Shown piece after piece: positions 26,789 to 37,262 of a stretch of DNA of 64,000 bases. The notes under the pieces were generated by a model. The model worked only from the letters and a program-made list of their open reading frames with translations, had not been told where the DNA came from and ran no database searches. The translations under genes were made by a program, and so were the position numbers. This stretch comes from Octopus bimaculoides (Eukaryota): contig NC_068988.1 in NCBI RefSeq assembly GCF_001194135.2, positions 40,168,827-40,232,826 of the forward strand, read 5' to 3'. Numbering within the stretch: the first letter of the stretch is position 1; the number at the start of each line of letters is the position of its first letter.

Positions 26789-26993
26789 GTATATATAAGT
26801 GTGTGTGTGTGTGTGTGTTTATACACACACTCACACACAGACACACATACGCACATACATATACCAATATACTGTAAATACATGATAACGTGTTTGCTTT
26901 CATTTCAGATACGTAGGCATAATCTTGAACGGAACAAACGAGAATGGAACCGGTAGTTTGGTATTATGCGAAGTTATTATCTACCAAGAATGA
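3552..26993 (+). CDS. Spliced gene for a single-domain F-type lectin (fucolectin/FTP, F5/8 type C fold) protein; join(3552-3686,16724-16813,20275-20404,26909-26993); 5' end not resolved
   Basis: Splice phases chain correctly (1,1,1,2,stop) and give GSTLMDFNYALEKPCKQSSTGGVNGSMEGDSSYAVDGDFKTCSRTDVEHRPYWQVNLNKVRQIRKVILISKDTLTSPQRFDVHVGTSPNVTENQVCKRYHSVPSTPLATIFCEEDLSGRYVGIILNGTNENGTGSLVLCEVIIYQE*. This carries the FTP hallmarks N.AL.KP..QSS, AVDG, C..T, PxWxVxL, F.V.VG, C..C, GRYV and LCEV in the expected order. Confidence 0.88.
4321..4393 (-). pseudogene. tRNA-like sequence, copy A (degenerate; loop CGCATAA)
   Basis: Reverse complement GGCAGTT TA GTTT AATGGTA AAAC A CTTGA CGCATAA TCACA GAGAT GTGAG TTCGAGT CTCAT CGCTGGC CA has 73 nt tRNA spacing with good D and T arms but poor acceptor and anticodon stems. 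Confidence 0.6.
4649..4721 (+). pseudogene. tRNA-like sequence, copy C (anticodon loop CT-CGT-AA, Thr-like)
   Basis: GGCAGTT TA GTTT AATGGTA AAAC A CTTGA CTCGTAA TCACA GAGAT GTGAG TTCGAGT CTCAT GGCTGGT CA. D stem GTTT/AAAC, T stem GTGAG/CTCAT and B-box GTTCGAGTC are present; only 3 of 5 anticodon-stem pairs form. Confidence 0.6.
4821..5209 (-). mobile_element. 5'-truncated Dong/R4-type LINE (RLE endonuclease C-terminus and 3' UTR)
   Basis: Minus strand reads LYKALEIEVSKMWNLKTKIIPVVIGALGMIAKGENCYLAQIAGNRVMAEIQKIMLMGTVHILRKILSM*. Same family and same 3' UTR as the 29565-30102 copy. Confidence 0.8.
5344..5781 (-). mobile_element. 5'-truncated, internally deleted Dong/R4-type LINE (CCHC finger and RLE end)
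   Basis: KCRICGQNGETVWHITNQC...KRRHDN (CCHC), then LWPMKKVVVVPIIVGTLGTVCKNLEKYMEQIGAAISVEHLQK, typical of RLE-LINE C-termini. Confidence 0.78.
5782..5965. repeat. Compound trinucleotide microsatellite (ATT)n-(CTT)n-(CAT)n-(ATT)n
   Basis: Read directly from sequence; source of the poly-L/F/S/R ORFs. Confidence 0.95.
9629..10437. repeat. Degenerate minisatellite (core ttcctggaaagttccgagg) whose orientation flips near 10190
   Basis: Many variant copies of ggacttcctggaaagttccgagg up to ~10185, then copies of the reverse complement ggaactttccaggaagtaatt from ~10196 to 10437. Confidence 0.85.
11580..11750 (+). mobile_element. tRNA-derived SINE, 5' half (Octopus-type family 1)
   Basis: gcgtgtctgtgtggtaagaagcttgc...ggttcggggttcagtccca...ccttgggcaagtgtcttctactatagc with A/B-box-like head; homologous to 42598-43009. 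Confidence 0.8.
12027..12244. mobile_element. Mariner-type MITE (~220 bp)
   Basis: Imperfect TIRs ggtgctgaaaatttcctgcttt ... aaagccaggaacgtatcagcac; starts with TA; no coding capacity. Confidence 0.65.
12850..13040 (-). mobile_element. Degenerate tRNA-derived SINE (family with aagtgtcttgctcaag core)
   Basis: aaatgaagtggcttgctcaagaacacaa...aaatgaacccacggcattataatcgcgagtccaa; the core is shared with 43390-43620. Confidence 0.55.
15410..15585 (+). mobile_element. SINE fragment (family 2)
   Basis: ttatgttctgagctcacattgcgccgaggcagattttgcctttcatcctttcggagtcaataaaataagtaccagttg; related minus-strand copies near 33705-33915, 44750-44925 and 48500-48720. Confidence 0.6.
16724..16813 (+). CDS. F-type lectin coding exon B (90 bp, phase 1-1)
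   Basis: Acceptor atttttttAG at 16722-16723, donor T|GTACGT at 16814. Encodes (D)VEHRPYWQVNLNKVRQIRKVILISKDTLT, matching the FTP segment E.NPWW.VDL....I..V.I.NR. Confidence 0.85.
16965..17140. repeat. Compound (CAT)n/(CAG)n microsatellite
   Basis: Read directly; produces the poly-A/poly-D ORF at 16789-17151. Confidence 0.95.
19259..20126 (+). mobile_element. Internally deleted mariner transposon
   Basis: Remnant transposase MKFCFLLEKTAAEPVVMLQTAY...PRSGRPSTS...NVITGDES, then a jump to the C-terminal IASNGEYFKGD. Degenerate 28 bp TIRs (19/28 matches counted by hand). Confidence 0.8.
20275..20404 (+). CDS. F-type lectin coding exon C (130 bp, phase 1-2)
   Basis: Acceptor tctatttcAG at 20273-20274, donor AG|GTAACA at 20405. 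Encodes (S)PQRFDVHVGTSPNVTENQVCKRYHSVPSTPLATIFCEEDLSG(R). Confidence 0.88.
23336..23681. mobile_element. Foldback/MITE-like element, ~125 bp inverted arms (23336-23461 / 23561-23681)
   Basis: ...gctttcatcggctgagtttaaactaag versus cttagtttaaactcacccgatgaaagc...; arm similarity extends outward to cacagaaatgtattttaaaggttc / gaacatttaaaatccatttgtg. Confidence 0.8.
23822..24200 (-). mobile_element. Degenerate SINE-like repeat ending in (TGA)n
   Basis: catcatcatc...gtttaacgttctccgtccatgctggcaagagttggacggtttgacagg...cagctggatgcc; contains an internally duplicated atgcccttcctatcaccaac-like motif. Confidence 0.5.
24620..25230 (+). mobile_element. hAT (SPIN/Charlie/GTF2IRD2-like) transposase remnant
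   Basis: FSLTLDVSTDV...LIISRINANTEVTEDLASPSNMHGIT resembles FSLALDESTDV...IFIRGVNAEFEVTEELASMNSLHGTT; stops and frameshifts present. Confidence 0.65.
25400..25550 (-). mobile_element. SINE family 1, 5' half
   Basis: ctaccaaattcactcacaaagcattagtcgatccgggtgtatagtagacagtacttgtccaagatgccgcgcag is the reverse complement of the 42598 head. Confidence 0.7.
26909..26993 (+). CDS. F-type lectin terminal coding exon D (phase 2, stop TGA 26991-26993)
   Basis: Acceptor tttgctttcatttcAG at 26907-26908. Encodes (R)YVGIILNGTNENGTGSLVLCEVIIYQE*, completing the GRYV...LCEV C-terminal strands. Confidence 0.88.
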
Positions 26994-27500
26994 TACCAGG
27001 CTGAAAGCAAGCAAGATAGGAAAAGAAGAAAGAATAGTAGAGACAACGTATCACTTCGAACAAAGACAACATGAACAGAACTTCACCTCGTATAAATCTC
27101 ATGAAAAGTCGTTACTTCCTCTGAATATATGATGTTTCTGCTCATAAACAAACCAATATATTATGTAAACATGGATGTATCATACACACAATAATACATT
27201 TTGTCCTTAAAAACATATACACGCAGTTACTTTATATATTATATTGTACATGTGTAGTAGGACAATGAACGTATGCATCAACTGAAAGTAACACATGCAT
27301 CCACACAGCATAATCACTCACAGCACAAACACTACAATGCAAACAGACGTGCATCAACAACACTTGCAACCTACGCATAAATTCATTTGTATATTAAATG
27401 ACGTATACATGTATATAAGTTTATGTTTGTATTTATGTATGTATGTATGTATGTATATATGTATATATATGTATATATATATATATATGTCTATATATAT

Positions 27501-27531
<31 letters not shown>

Positions 27532-27690
27532 CATGTATGGAAATGAGTGTGCGCGCGTGTGCATATTTAAGTGTGTGTGTGTGTATGTGTGTGTGTGTGT
27601 GTTTACGTTTGCTGTGAAAATAAGTTGTAACGTGAATAGTATGACTGTATTTAATTTCCGTAAGTTTCATCCATCCATTCTGTACAATAA

Positions 27691-27783
<93 letters not shown>

Positions 27784-27869
27784 TATATAACCACGTACTT
27801 GTATATATGTATATCTGCGTGTATGTACTTATGCACACGCACGCACACATACACACTATATATATGTGC

Positions 27870-27954
<85 letters not shown>

Positions 27955-29322
27955 TGTGTGTGTATTCAAAAATACATGTATATGCTTGTGTGAATTTGTG
28001 TGTGCGTGTATACATATTGTTTGTGATAACTTTCATAAATGCTATTCCTAATAAATAAAGATTGTATGTCTCCGTAAGTTATATCTGTACATCACGGATA
28101 TGTATTTTGATTTTACTTATACAAAAACTTAAAAAGAAATCATAATAGAAGAGTAGCATTTAATAGAGTAAATAATAATCATTTTTAACAGCATACATAT
28201 GTGTCTATGTATGTATATGGATCCATAATACGTAGATGCAACCATATATTTTTACGATGATATCATTGTATTGTTATTGATTTATATCTGTTTATTTCTG
28301 TTAATAGAACATTAGTTGGATATTATTCCCTCTTCATTTTTATCATTGATGAACGCATTATTTTCCGTTCTTACTTTAGCTTACGTCTTACAAGTTTCAT
28401 GCCGTTGTAAATAAACTGTTATAAATACATCATATATTAAGTAATGTCAACTGCGGAATTGTTTTTCTTTTTTTGCAGGATTTAAGCAAACAATATGCAA
28501 AATCCAGTTATGAATTAAGTTTAAGATTATTTCAGTTCTCCAAAACAGCTAATTTCCTTTAAAGAAATATTATTATCAATGCCTTCCAATTCAATGTTGA
28601 GTAAGATTTTGAATACATCATTTCAGCAAAAATCTTATGTGTGACTGAGACCATATGAAAAGCCATCCGTCACACTATAAATGAATAGTACATTCTCTGC
28701 GCAATATACATGCATGAGACCTTTCCCAACCAATTCATTATCATGTCTCACACAACATATACCCTGCTCAATTACCACTGTGCAGTGTAACATAGTGTAT
28801 AATATTGACAATCACACCCACTAAATTAACGCACGTACTTTTACATAAATTATGGCCGATGCTGTAATTCGAAACCACACAAACACTCTCGTCATCCAAC
28901 ACTTAAAGTTATACATAGTGACAACAAGCTCAACAAGATTACACGCCTCATGTCACACATACTCTACTGCAGTAATGAACCGCTAAATAACTTAACAAAC
29001 TAAAAAATAATGCTATAGTAAATCAAAACTGATGTAGTATTTGTGATCACACCTCAATATTCCTAAAAGACAATGAGCACATATATGGAGGGCACATAGA
29101 GGCCAGTTGTTGTGCACTATACTGATATTTGACATTAATATCAGCAAAAAGGCGGCTATGAAACAAAATGTTTTAATTATTCCTTATTTAGGCACCTGAT
29201 CAGTGCATTTGAAGAGAAGGGATTGGACGACGTGATCGAGTTCAGCAGGTTACTAGTTCTTTACATTTTCACTTCAAAAAGCATTATTTCCGATACTCTA
29301 GTGATTCTGTCACGTCACATCC

Positions 29323-29383
<61 letters not shown>

Positions 29384-29487
29384 TAATAACAATAATAATA
29401 ATAGGATTGAGGTAACTCCTCCAGAAGATATGGAAGCAAAAATAGAAGAGTGTCATTTTTATCAAGTGAACGAGTTGTCGAATAATG

Positions 29488-29564
<77 letters not shown>

Positions 29565-30102
29565 TCAAACTGATAGAAAGATAGATGCAAATAAGCCAGA
29601 CATCATACTAAAAGACTTCAGACAAAAATCATGCCTCCTCATTGATATGACTGTCTCAATCGATATAAACGTATCTGTCAAGACCTACCAAAAACTGAGC
29701 AAATATAAAGATCTTGAAATAGAAATTAGCAAAATGTGGAATCTGAAGACGAAAACAATACCTATTGTCATAGGTGCCCTGGGAATGACAGCGAAACGGG
29801 CTGATTACTACCTAGCTCAGATACCTGGAAACCCCAAAATGGCTGAAGTTCAAAAGATAGCGCTCATGAGAACTGCCCATATCCTACGTAAAATACTGTC
29901 TATGCGATCTCAAATTTTAAAACAAACACATAATCTTCTTATGGTTTCTTATACATTCTCTAGAACAACACTATGTACAAATCGAAATATATGGTACCCT
30001 AGGCATAACACCTGCATTAACTTCTAACTTGTTGTCTCTTGAGGTCTCTGGGTGAGACTTGGATCCAATTTGTACAAATGCAAAGCAAAAGTCAAACATA
30101 AA
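29565..30102 (+). mobile_element. 5'-truncated Dong/R4-type LINE (PD..D/E.K RLE domain and 3' UTR)
   Basis: QTDRKIDANKPDIILKDFRQKSCLLIDMTVSIDINVSVKTYQKLSKYKDLEIEISKMWNLKTKTIPIVIGALG...; (AAT)n on both sides. Confidence 0.85.
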
Positions 30103-30138
30103 ATAATAATAATAATAATAATGATGATGATGTTGATT

Positions 30139-30175
<37 letters not shown>

Positions 30176-31119
30176 GGATGATGATGATGANNNNNNNNNN
30201 NNNNNNNNNNNNNNNNNNNNNNNNNNNNNNNNNNNNNNNNNNNNNNNNNNNNNNNNNNNNNNNNNNNNNNNNNNNNNNNNNNNNNNNNNNNNNNNNNNNN
30301 NNNNNNNNNNNNNNNNNNNNNNNNNNNNNNNNNNNNNNNNNNNNNNNNNNNNNNNNNNNNNNNNNNNNNNNNNNNNNNNNNNNNNNNNNNNNNNNNNNNN
30401 NNNNNNNNNNNNNNNNNNNNNNNNNNNNNNNNNNNNNNNNNNNNNNNNNNNNNNNNNNNNNNNNNNNNNNNNNNNNNNNNNNNNNNNNNNNNNNNNNNNN
30501 NNNNNNNNNNNNNNNNNNNNNNNNNNNNNNNNNNNNNNNNNNNNNNNNNNNNNNNNNNNNNNNNNNNNNNNNNNNNNNNNNNNNNNNNNNNNNNNNNNNN
30601 NNNNNNNNNNNNNNNNNNNNNNNNNNNNNNNNNNNNNNNNNNNNNNNNNNNNNNNNNNNNNNNNNNNNNNNNNNNNNNNNNNNNNNNNNNNNNNNNNNNN
30701 NNNNNNNNNNNNNNNNNNNNNNNNNNNNNNNNNNNNNNNNNNNNNNNNNNNNNNNNNNNNNNNNNNNNNNNNNNNNNNNNNNNNNNNNNNNNNNNNNNNN
30801 NNNNNNNNNNNNNNNNNNNNNNNNNNNNNNNNNNNNNNNNNNNNNNNNNNNNNNNNNNNNNNNNNNNNNNNNNNNNNNNNNNNNNNNNNNNNNNNNNNNN
30901 NNNNNNNNNNNNNNNNNNNNNNNNNNNNNNNNNNNNNNNNNNNNNNNNNNNNNNNNNNNNNNNNNNNNNNNNNNNNNNNNNNNNNNNNNNNNNNNNNNNN
31001 NNNNNNNNNNNNNNNNNNNNNNNNNNNNNNNNNNNNNNNNNNNNNNNNNNNNNNNNNNNNNNNNNNNNNNNNNNNNNNNNNNNNNNNNNNNNNNNNNNNN
31101 NNNNNNNNNNNNNNNNATA

Positions 31120-31218
<99 letters not shown>

Positions 31219-31329
31219 TATTTTATTTAATAAATAGTATTGCTCAGTTATCACAAGATTCCAATGCTCAGCGAACAGTGGAAGGAAGAAAAACAACATA
31301 ACCAAGGTTTATACCACCAAGGTTTATAT

Positions 31330-32400
31330 GACAAAGGTAACGTAAACAGAAAAAATGTTATCGATAGACAAACTGTCGAAAGACATGAATACTGGCAGCA
31401 GAAAATTCGTTGAGTGTTTCAGATGATATTTCTCTGCAATGTTGTGGATTATTCACAGAAAATGGATTCCTCCTCCCCAAAGGAGGTTTATAGTTCACTG
31501 GAGATGTGTCCCACTTCACATTTATTTTCTTTCTGATTCTCATTTCTTTTAATGTTTACATTTTCCGCTTTTCACAAAGCTCTGATAGCTCCCTTAGTTC
31601 CCCATCACAGAGGGAATGTTACTACGGCAAGAGCGGGGCTTCTGTATCATCTGCTTCCCTCTGAATTTTTTACTGTAAACTGCTTTCTTCTTCCTCAATA
31701 TTAAGCCAGCCAGTTGCAAACAAAGAAGCCAGTTTGAGATCTTTGACCCCTCAGCTTTATGTTTGGTGCCGCCTTAGGAGTAGCAAAGCATGTGGTTTTC
31801 TACTGTTGTCCTCCTCTAAATGCAAGTAGACCGTAAATGATTGTCAGTGCCACGTGTAACAGCTGACCTTTCTAATTCGTATAATGAGTCTTAAGCATTC
31901 TTTAAAATTCATTGCATGTAGCTGATATGGAAATTTGGAAGTGTTTATGTTGACTCCACACTTAATCACATATCACCAAAATTTACGTGAGTACTGACGC
32001 ATAGTGCATATTGTGTAATGAAAATGGCCACGAGCCAGATATCAACGTCGTCATCCATTTTCTCGATGGTGGCTTTTGTGCTTCCTTGTGCCAAATATTG
32101 CAGAACCAGTCAATAGGCAGATGTATACTACAATTTGGGTTTGTGTTCTTGTCATGTCCTTAGTTTTGAAAAGTAGGTAGTTTGCTGCATATATTCTACG
32201 TCTCACCAATGGAAGAGATTTTATCCCAAATATTTGCAAAAGCTGCTTCAATCTACATCGTGGAAGGTGCAAGAAATTTCATGAGGCACCGATACGTCAC
32301 TTTTCTTTTTCTACGAACCTCGTTAGTTGATTGTAGTCATGAAATACCTGTCATATAGAAGTGTTGCAGCCACGCTTTAATTCCGTCATTACAAATGTTT
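31330..32400 (-). mobile_element. Highly decayed Academ-type XPG/PIN-domain remnant (tentative)
   Basis: Minus strand has a frameshifted H-E-E-x-x-T-x-IVVYI-like segment followed by TIEKMDDDVDIWLVAIF, resembling the HEEADTR...V.T.DTDV motif seen in the 53317-56436 element. Confidence 0.35.
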
Positions 32401-32506
32401 CGTGTCTAGCGTTCACTTGCTTGAAAGTAGAATTGCGTGCGAAGGTGTTTGACTTGCACTCGTAGCATTTTCGTTTTATAAAGTGGTTGAGAGTTGTTGC
32501 TGCTGC

Positions 32507-32542
<36 letters not shown>

Positions 32543-34899
32543 GAAGCGGATTTTTTGCTATTTTTTGTAAAATATCATTGTTCCTTTTTTTTTTTGCTCT
32601 TGGAAAAATCTCTGCGTTCAGTATGTATTTTCAATTGTGTATTCTTTTCCATTTTGTGAGATGTTAGTTAAGTTTCAAGGTTTTTATTTTTATTCGGAGA
32701 ACCATTCTATGTATTATGACACCATATTTACTTTGAAGTATTATGGTAGGAAACAAGTGGAATATTTTGAAATAAAACTTGTTGTCACACCCTATTACGG
32801 GGCTGACTTTGAAATAAATAAATATGTGGTTCGTCTATGAAAATAAATTTGAAAAATACTTTTTGTACCACTCGACCTAGGCGGAATTTAGAGCTATAAA
32901 GAGCCATTTCAAAACACATCTGGATAGGTCAGCATTAATATCAATAGCAATAACAATAATTATAATATTTGTTTATTTTATTTGTCACCAATATCCCAAG
33001 ACGTATTGACAGCACATCCTAGAGAAGTTTACGCCGAATAATAAAAATGCGAACAATAGATAGCGAAATCCCCAATAATCGGATTGCCTACGAGTAATCA
33101 AATACTGTCATAGATTCTGGATAGCACTAATTACCGATAACAATTGCTGTCACCATCGGTATGTATTCATCGGTGTATGGCTTTGTGATAATGACAGGTT
33201 TGAACATGGCCCATTTAATAGGTCATGTTCATCACTAACTACAACCGTTCAACAAATTTATCGGGGTGTAGCATTTCACTTTCAAAACTTACTTTCATCT
33301 CTAATTGGGATTTAAACAATAAATGAGGGTTTAATTAGAGAGGAAAGTGATTCTTCTCAGTTCCTTCAAATGCTTCCACCGCTCAGGTTTTGTAGCCATA
33401 GCTAAGAGAATTCTCGTAGATAAGCAAAGAGCGAACAAAGTATGAGTTTGTGCAAAGGTGTTACATAACTTGGAGAGGTCCGGCAGACTGTATTGTGTGT
33501 TTGTAAAGATTTTCCAGGATGTGCAATGGCTCAGAGTAACTTAGCTAAGCCATTGATTTCTGGATATTATACCTACTTCTTGGGCTGAATAACGTCTGAA
33601 ATATACCAGCAAATTAGTTATTGTCAGTGACCAGTTTCTCCAGTAACCAGTTTCTCTTAACACGTCGTCGCTCTACTCCACTATCAATCCTCCATAAAAT
33701 ATTCATTTCACATTTTGGCACAAGGCCAGAAGTTTATGTTTTGGTGTGGTTAATCGATTACATCAGTATCAGGTCTTAATTAGCAATTATTTTATCGAAC
33801 ACCAAAAGGGTGAAAGACAAAATCAACCAAGGTAGCATTTGAACACAGAACGTAAAGGCAGAAACAATGCCGCTAAATATTTTTCCCGGTGCGGTAACAA
33901 TTTTTCCAGGTGCCAACTTATTCCTCTATAGAATATTAACGTAGATGTTTCACAACCACGTTGTGTGATAGGTGATTGACAGTTAGCCTTCCATTGCATT
34001 CCAAATATTAGGAAACTAATACGTAGCGAAATATAGCTGATAATGGAGAACAAACTCACGCTCTTTATGAATTTTAGAGATCTTGTAGAAGAAGCACATA
34101 ATTGCAACGTTTTGAACATAGAAATATCTGTTCTTTTTTTGTTTTGTGAGATTGTTAAGAGATGCACATCCTTCTTAATATGCCTTCCATTAGAAGATAC
34201 TCATTAGTTGCCTCAATCTGGTCATGCAAAAGAAGAGTAACAAATAGAGAGAGTTATCAGGTGATAAAATATGAAGTTGATGGGTGCGTGTATTACCACT
34301 CTCTGATCTTGAAGGACAACTTTCAGTCTATAGCTAGATGAGCCTGGGAATCCTGATCATCACATCGTCTCAGTTCTTATCCTCTGCAAGTCCAGACTGA
34401 ACCAGTCACCAAGCAACTTAAAAAAACTATCTGCCCAACGTTCTACGACGCTGACCAACGATATTGACTAGCCACTCCAAGTACCGAGTTGCAAGTTTTG
34501 TCTGAATTAATATGTATTCTTTTCAAGGTTTTATATTCATTTTGAATGGTACCGATCAAGTTACATAGGTATCCGACACCATTACTTCCTGTTCACATTA
34601 CGACAGATCTTCAACGTCTTAGATATAATGAAAGCTCCAGTTTCTGTGTCATCTATTCCAGATTCGCTACATATGGATAGATTAGAGAGGACATGCTTGA
34701 CGGATTTAGCGTATGATAGATAAAACTTTCCAGTTATATGCCATTTGGCTTGACCACCGGGTAAATGCCGAAGTACATCAAAAAGATCAAACCTCAAAAC
34801 AAAACAAAACAAAAAAACAGAAGGAAAAAAAATGAAAACGAAGCAAAAATATGTTCAGTGGAAAGTTAACCAACGAACGTTAATCGAACTTTCCCACTA

Positions 34900-36650
34900 A
34901 TCAACATTGATCAAAACTGAACCGAACCAGCTGTATAAAATCTTATAGATGATGTAGGCAACTTCAATGTTATATGCCTGCCTACAATACTTCATGGGGC
35001 CTTTGAAGACTAAGAAACGTACTTTCACCGGTTGACTCTAACGGGGGACCATTAACTGTTCCCATTATTTTGCGATCAACATGTCAGCAATGAAAGTTAT
35101 ATTGTTACTTCTAGCCTGCGATCTTCATGCAATCAACGGTATTTTCCTAGTAAATTCGTGTTACTGTAATTTGACATGCTCTACATGGGTGAAACTAGCT
35201 TTTTCCGCAATGGAGACTTGCTTGATGTCTATAAGGTGTATGCATTATTTTCGCTGTTTCAGATTGTGTACAGTGGTAGACCCTTTGTAAACGCCAAAAA
35301 ATCAAAATACAAGAAATCCACCTGGAACCACTTGGTAGGCATAGACGTAATCAGACAGCATATAGAGCGAAGGATATGCATTCAAGATCGTGTATCTAAT
35401 CCGATATTAGCAGACAAATCAGAGTTTTTCAGGTTACCGTTTTAACGAACTAAAGGATAGTGGATAAGGATGATCATCAATATCCGATGATGGGTCTCTC
35501 TGAACAGACTTATTAGAAAAGCTGAGGTTATATATGACAAAGAATTGTTTATAGGGAAGATGGTCTGCTTTTCAGTAGGTACAATGTGGTGATGAAAATA
35601 TATTATGACCGATGACCTTGTGGTCAACCATTTGAACACAACGGCTATGCAGTCTGGTCTAAGGTACTTCTTAAACACGATAGTGAAAATGGTATTCGAT
35701 TATTCGACTAGTACTGGTGCGATGTAGAATCAAAGCTAATTTTATGTTTCTGATCGATCACAAGGACTATGTGCTAGTCGATCGCATGCAGATTTGTATG
35801 CTTTCTCGGTAGTATTTTACTCGATTACTAGAGGGAAGTGATGCACTGTGGATGATAGATTTTAGAGCTTAATACCTTGGCCTCTCGCGGCTCTCAGTAT
35901 AGTTATTTCGAATGTTGTGAAAGACTGATAACAAAAATTGGGATGCGATTAGTGGTGTGTTATTGTACCAGGAGCAAATAATCTGGTTTCTATGAACTAC
36001 ATTGATACGGGCAATTGTCCATCCTGCTCTCTGAAGAAGTGTATTGATACTTGTTAACAACCAGAGATATTCTCAGCTATGTTACCAGGAATATGAGAAC
36101 GCGGTGAAAGAAGACGTAAAATGGGATATATAAGTGATAATTTCAGATTCCATAACTCTTATAAGCGTAGAGTTTAAGAGTGTGGCAAAGACGCTCTCGA
36201 GCAGGTTGGAACCTTTCATTGCAAGTGTGGTCAGGTGCAGACAGACGAGTGTGTTTATCAGGATTAGCACCTCATGCGATACATTACCGAGAGGGTAAAT
36301 AACGAACCTGACTTCAGATGTCTTTTCATCTATTTGGACTAATCGAAAGTTTTCGATGTAGATTATCATCATTATTATGTAACTAATTTTTCACCAGTTT
36401 TCAAAGGCTGCGTCACTTCAATGTACATCAACATTTGCATGTTGGCTAAACTTGATCTATATCTTCTCTTCTACCTGTAGTAAGTTATCTATCTTGAGAC
36501 ATTTCTACAATAATTAGGGATGTGCGAGTTACCTGGTACGTCCAACCTTTGCAATAATCTTTTGACTGACTTTTGACTGCATGGGGTAAGATTGCAATAT
36601 AACGGACACAGATATCATGTCATTAACCAGCTCGAGGATGATTACTCCTT
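34900..36650 (+). mobile_element. Degenerate Tx1/L1-clade LINE ORF2 (EN-RT region)
   Basis: DNFR/ITLISVEFKSVAKTLSSRLEPFIASVV...QT (36135-36250), LD*SKVFDVD (36334-36363) and FSPVFKGCVTSMYINIC match Tx1-type RT subdomains. The upstream part is weaker. Confidence 0.7.
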
Positions 36651-36714
36651 GGGTTAAGAGTAGTAACAGTTTTCTGTGCGGAACAAACACGCTGAGGTAT
36701 TAGCAGCCATTACC

Positions 36715-36768
<54 letters not shown>

Positions 36769-37196
36769 ATACATACACATGTACATACTATTAAATCAAA
36801 ATTTTATTACGGTTATTAATCTATAGGCTTGGATTGCGTCTGATTAAATGAAACCATGCGGTTATTCATTGAATGTATTATATGCATGATATCAGCCATT
36901 GTAAATATGTGTTTATCTGCTGTATCATATTGGACAATTATTTCAAATCATTTGCTTCTTGAACATGCAATGTCTACTTATCTACGTTTATAATAGCTTT
37001 CGTGTCAATAAAATTGGCAATCATGTACATACATTCATAGGTGCATACATGTACATGTATGTATGTATGTATGTATGTATGTATGTATGTATGTATGTGG
37101 TATAAGCTCAGAGTATATACAAAGATACACACAGACACATAGATACATACATACATATATATATATGGGTGTGTGTGTATATATATGTATATGGCA

Positions 37197-37262
37197 CTCC
37201 GTACTGATGAGAAACAGATAGGTTCGGTAAGGAAATATTAATTTCGAAACTGGTTTGCGGAG
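37197..37262 (+). ncRNA. Type I minimal hammerhead ribozyme motif (Penelope/retrozyme type)
   Basis: Stem I ctccgta/tgcggag (7 bp, one G-U), core CTGATGA (37204-37210), stem II gaaa/tttc closed by G10.1-C11.1, GAAA (37246-37249), 2 bp stem III with TG loop, cleavage triplet GTT (H17=37255). Confidence 0.72.

Noticed and set aside
29485-30027. 180 aa ORF as a host gene
   Set aside because: It is the RLE end of a truncated Dong/R4 LINE with a microsatellite-derived start.
35081-35290. Signal-peptide-like Cys-rich ORF MKVILLLLAC...
   Set aside because: Lies inside the decayed Tx1 LINE in an off-frame; no splice or homology support.
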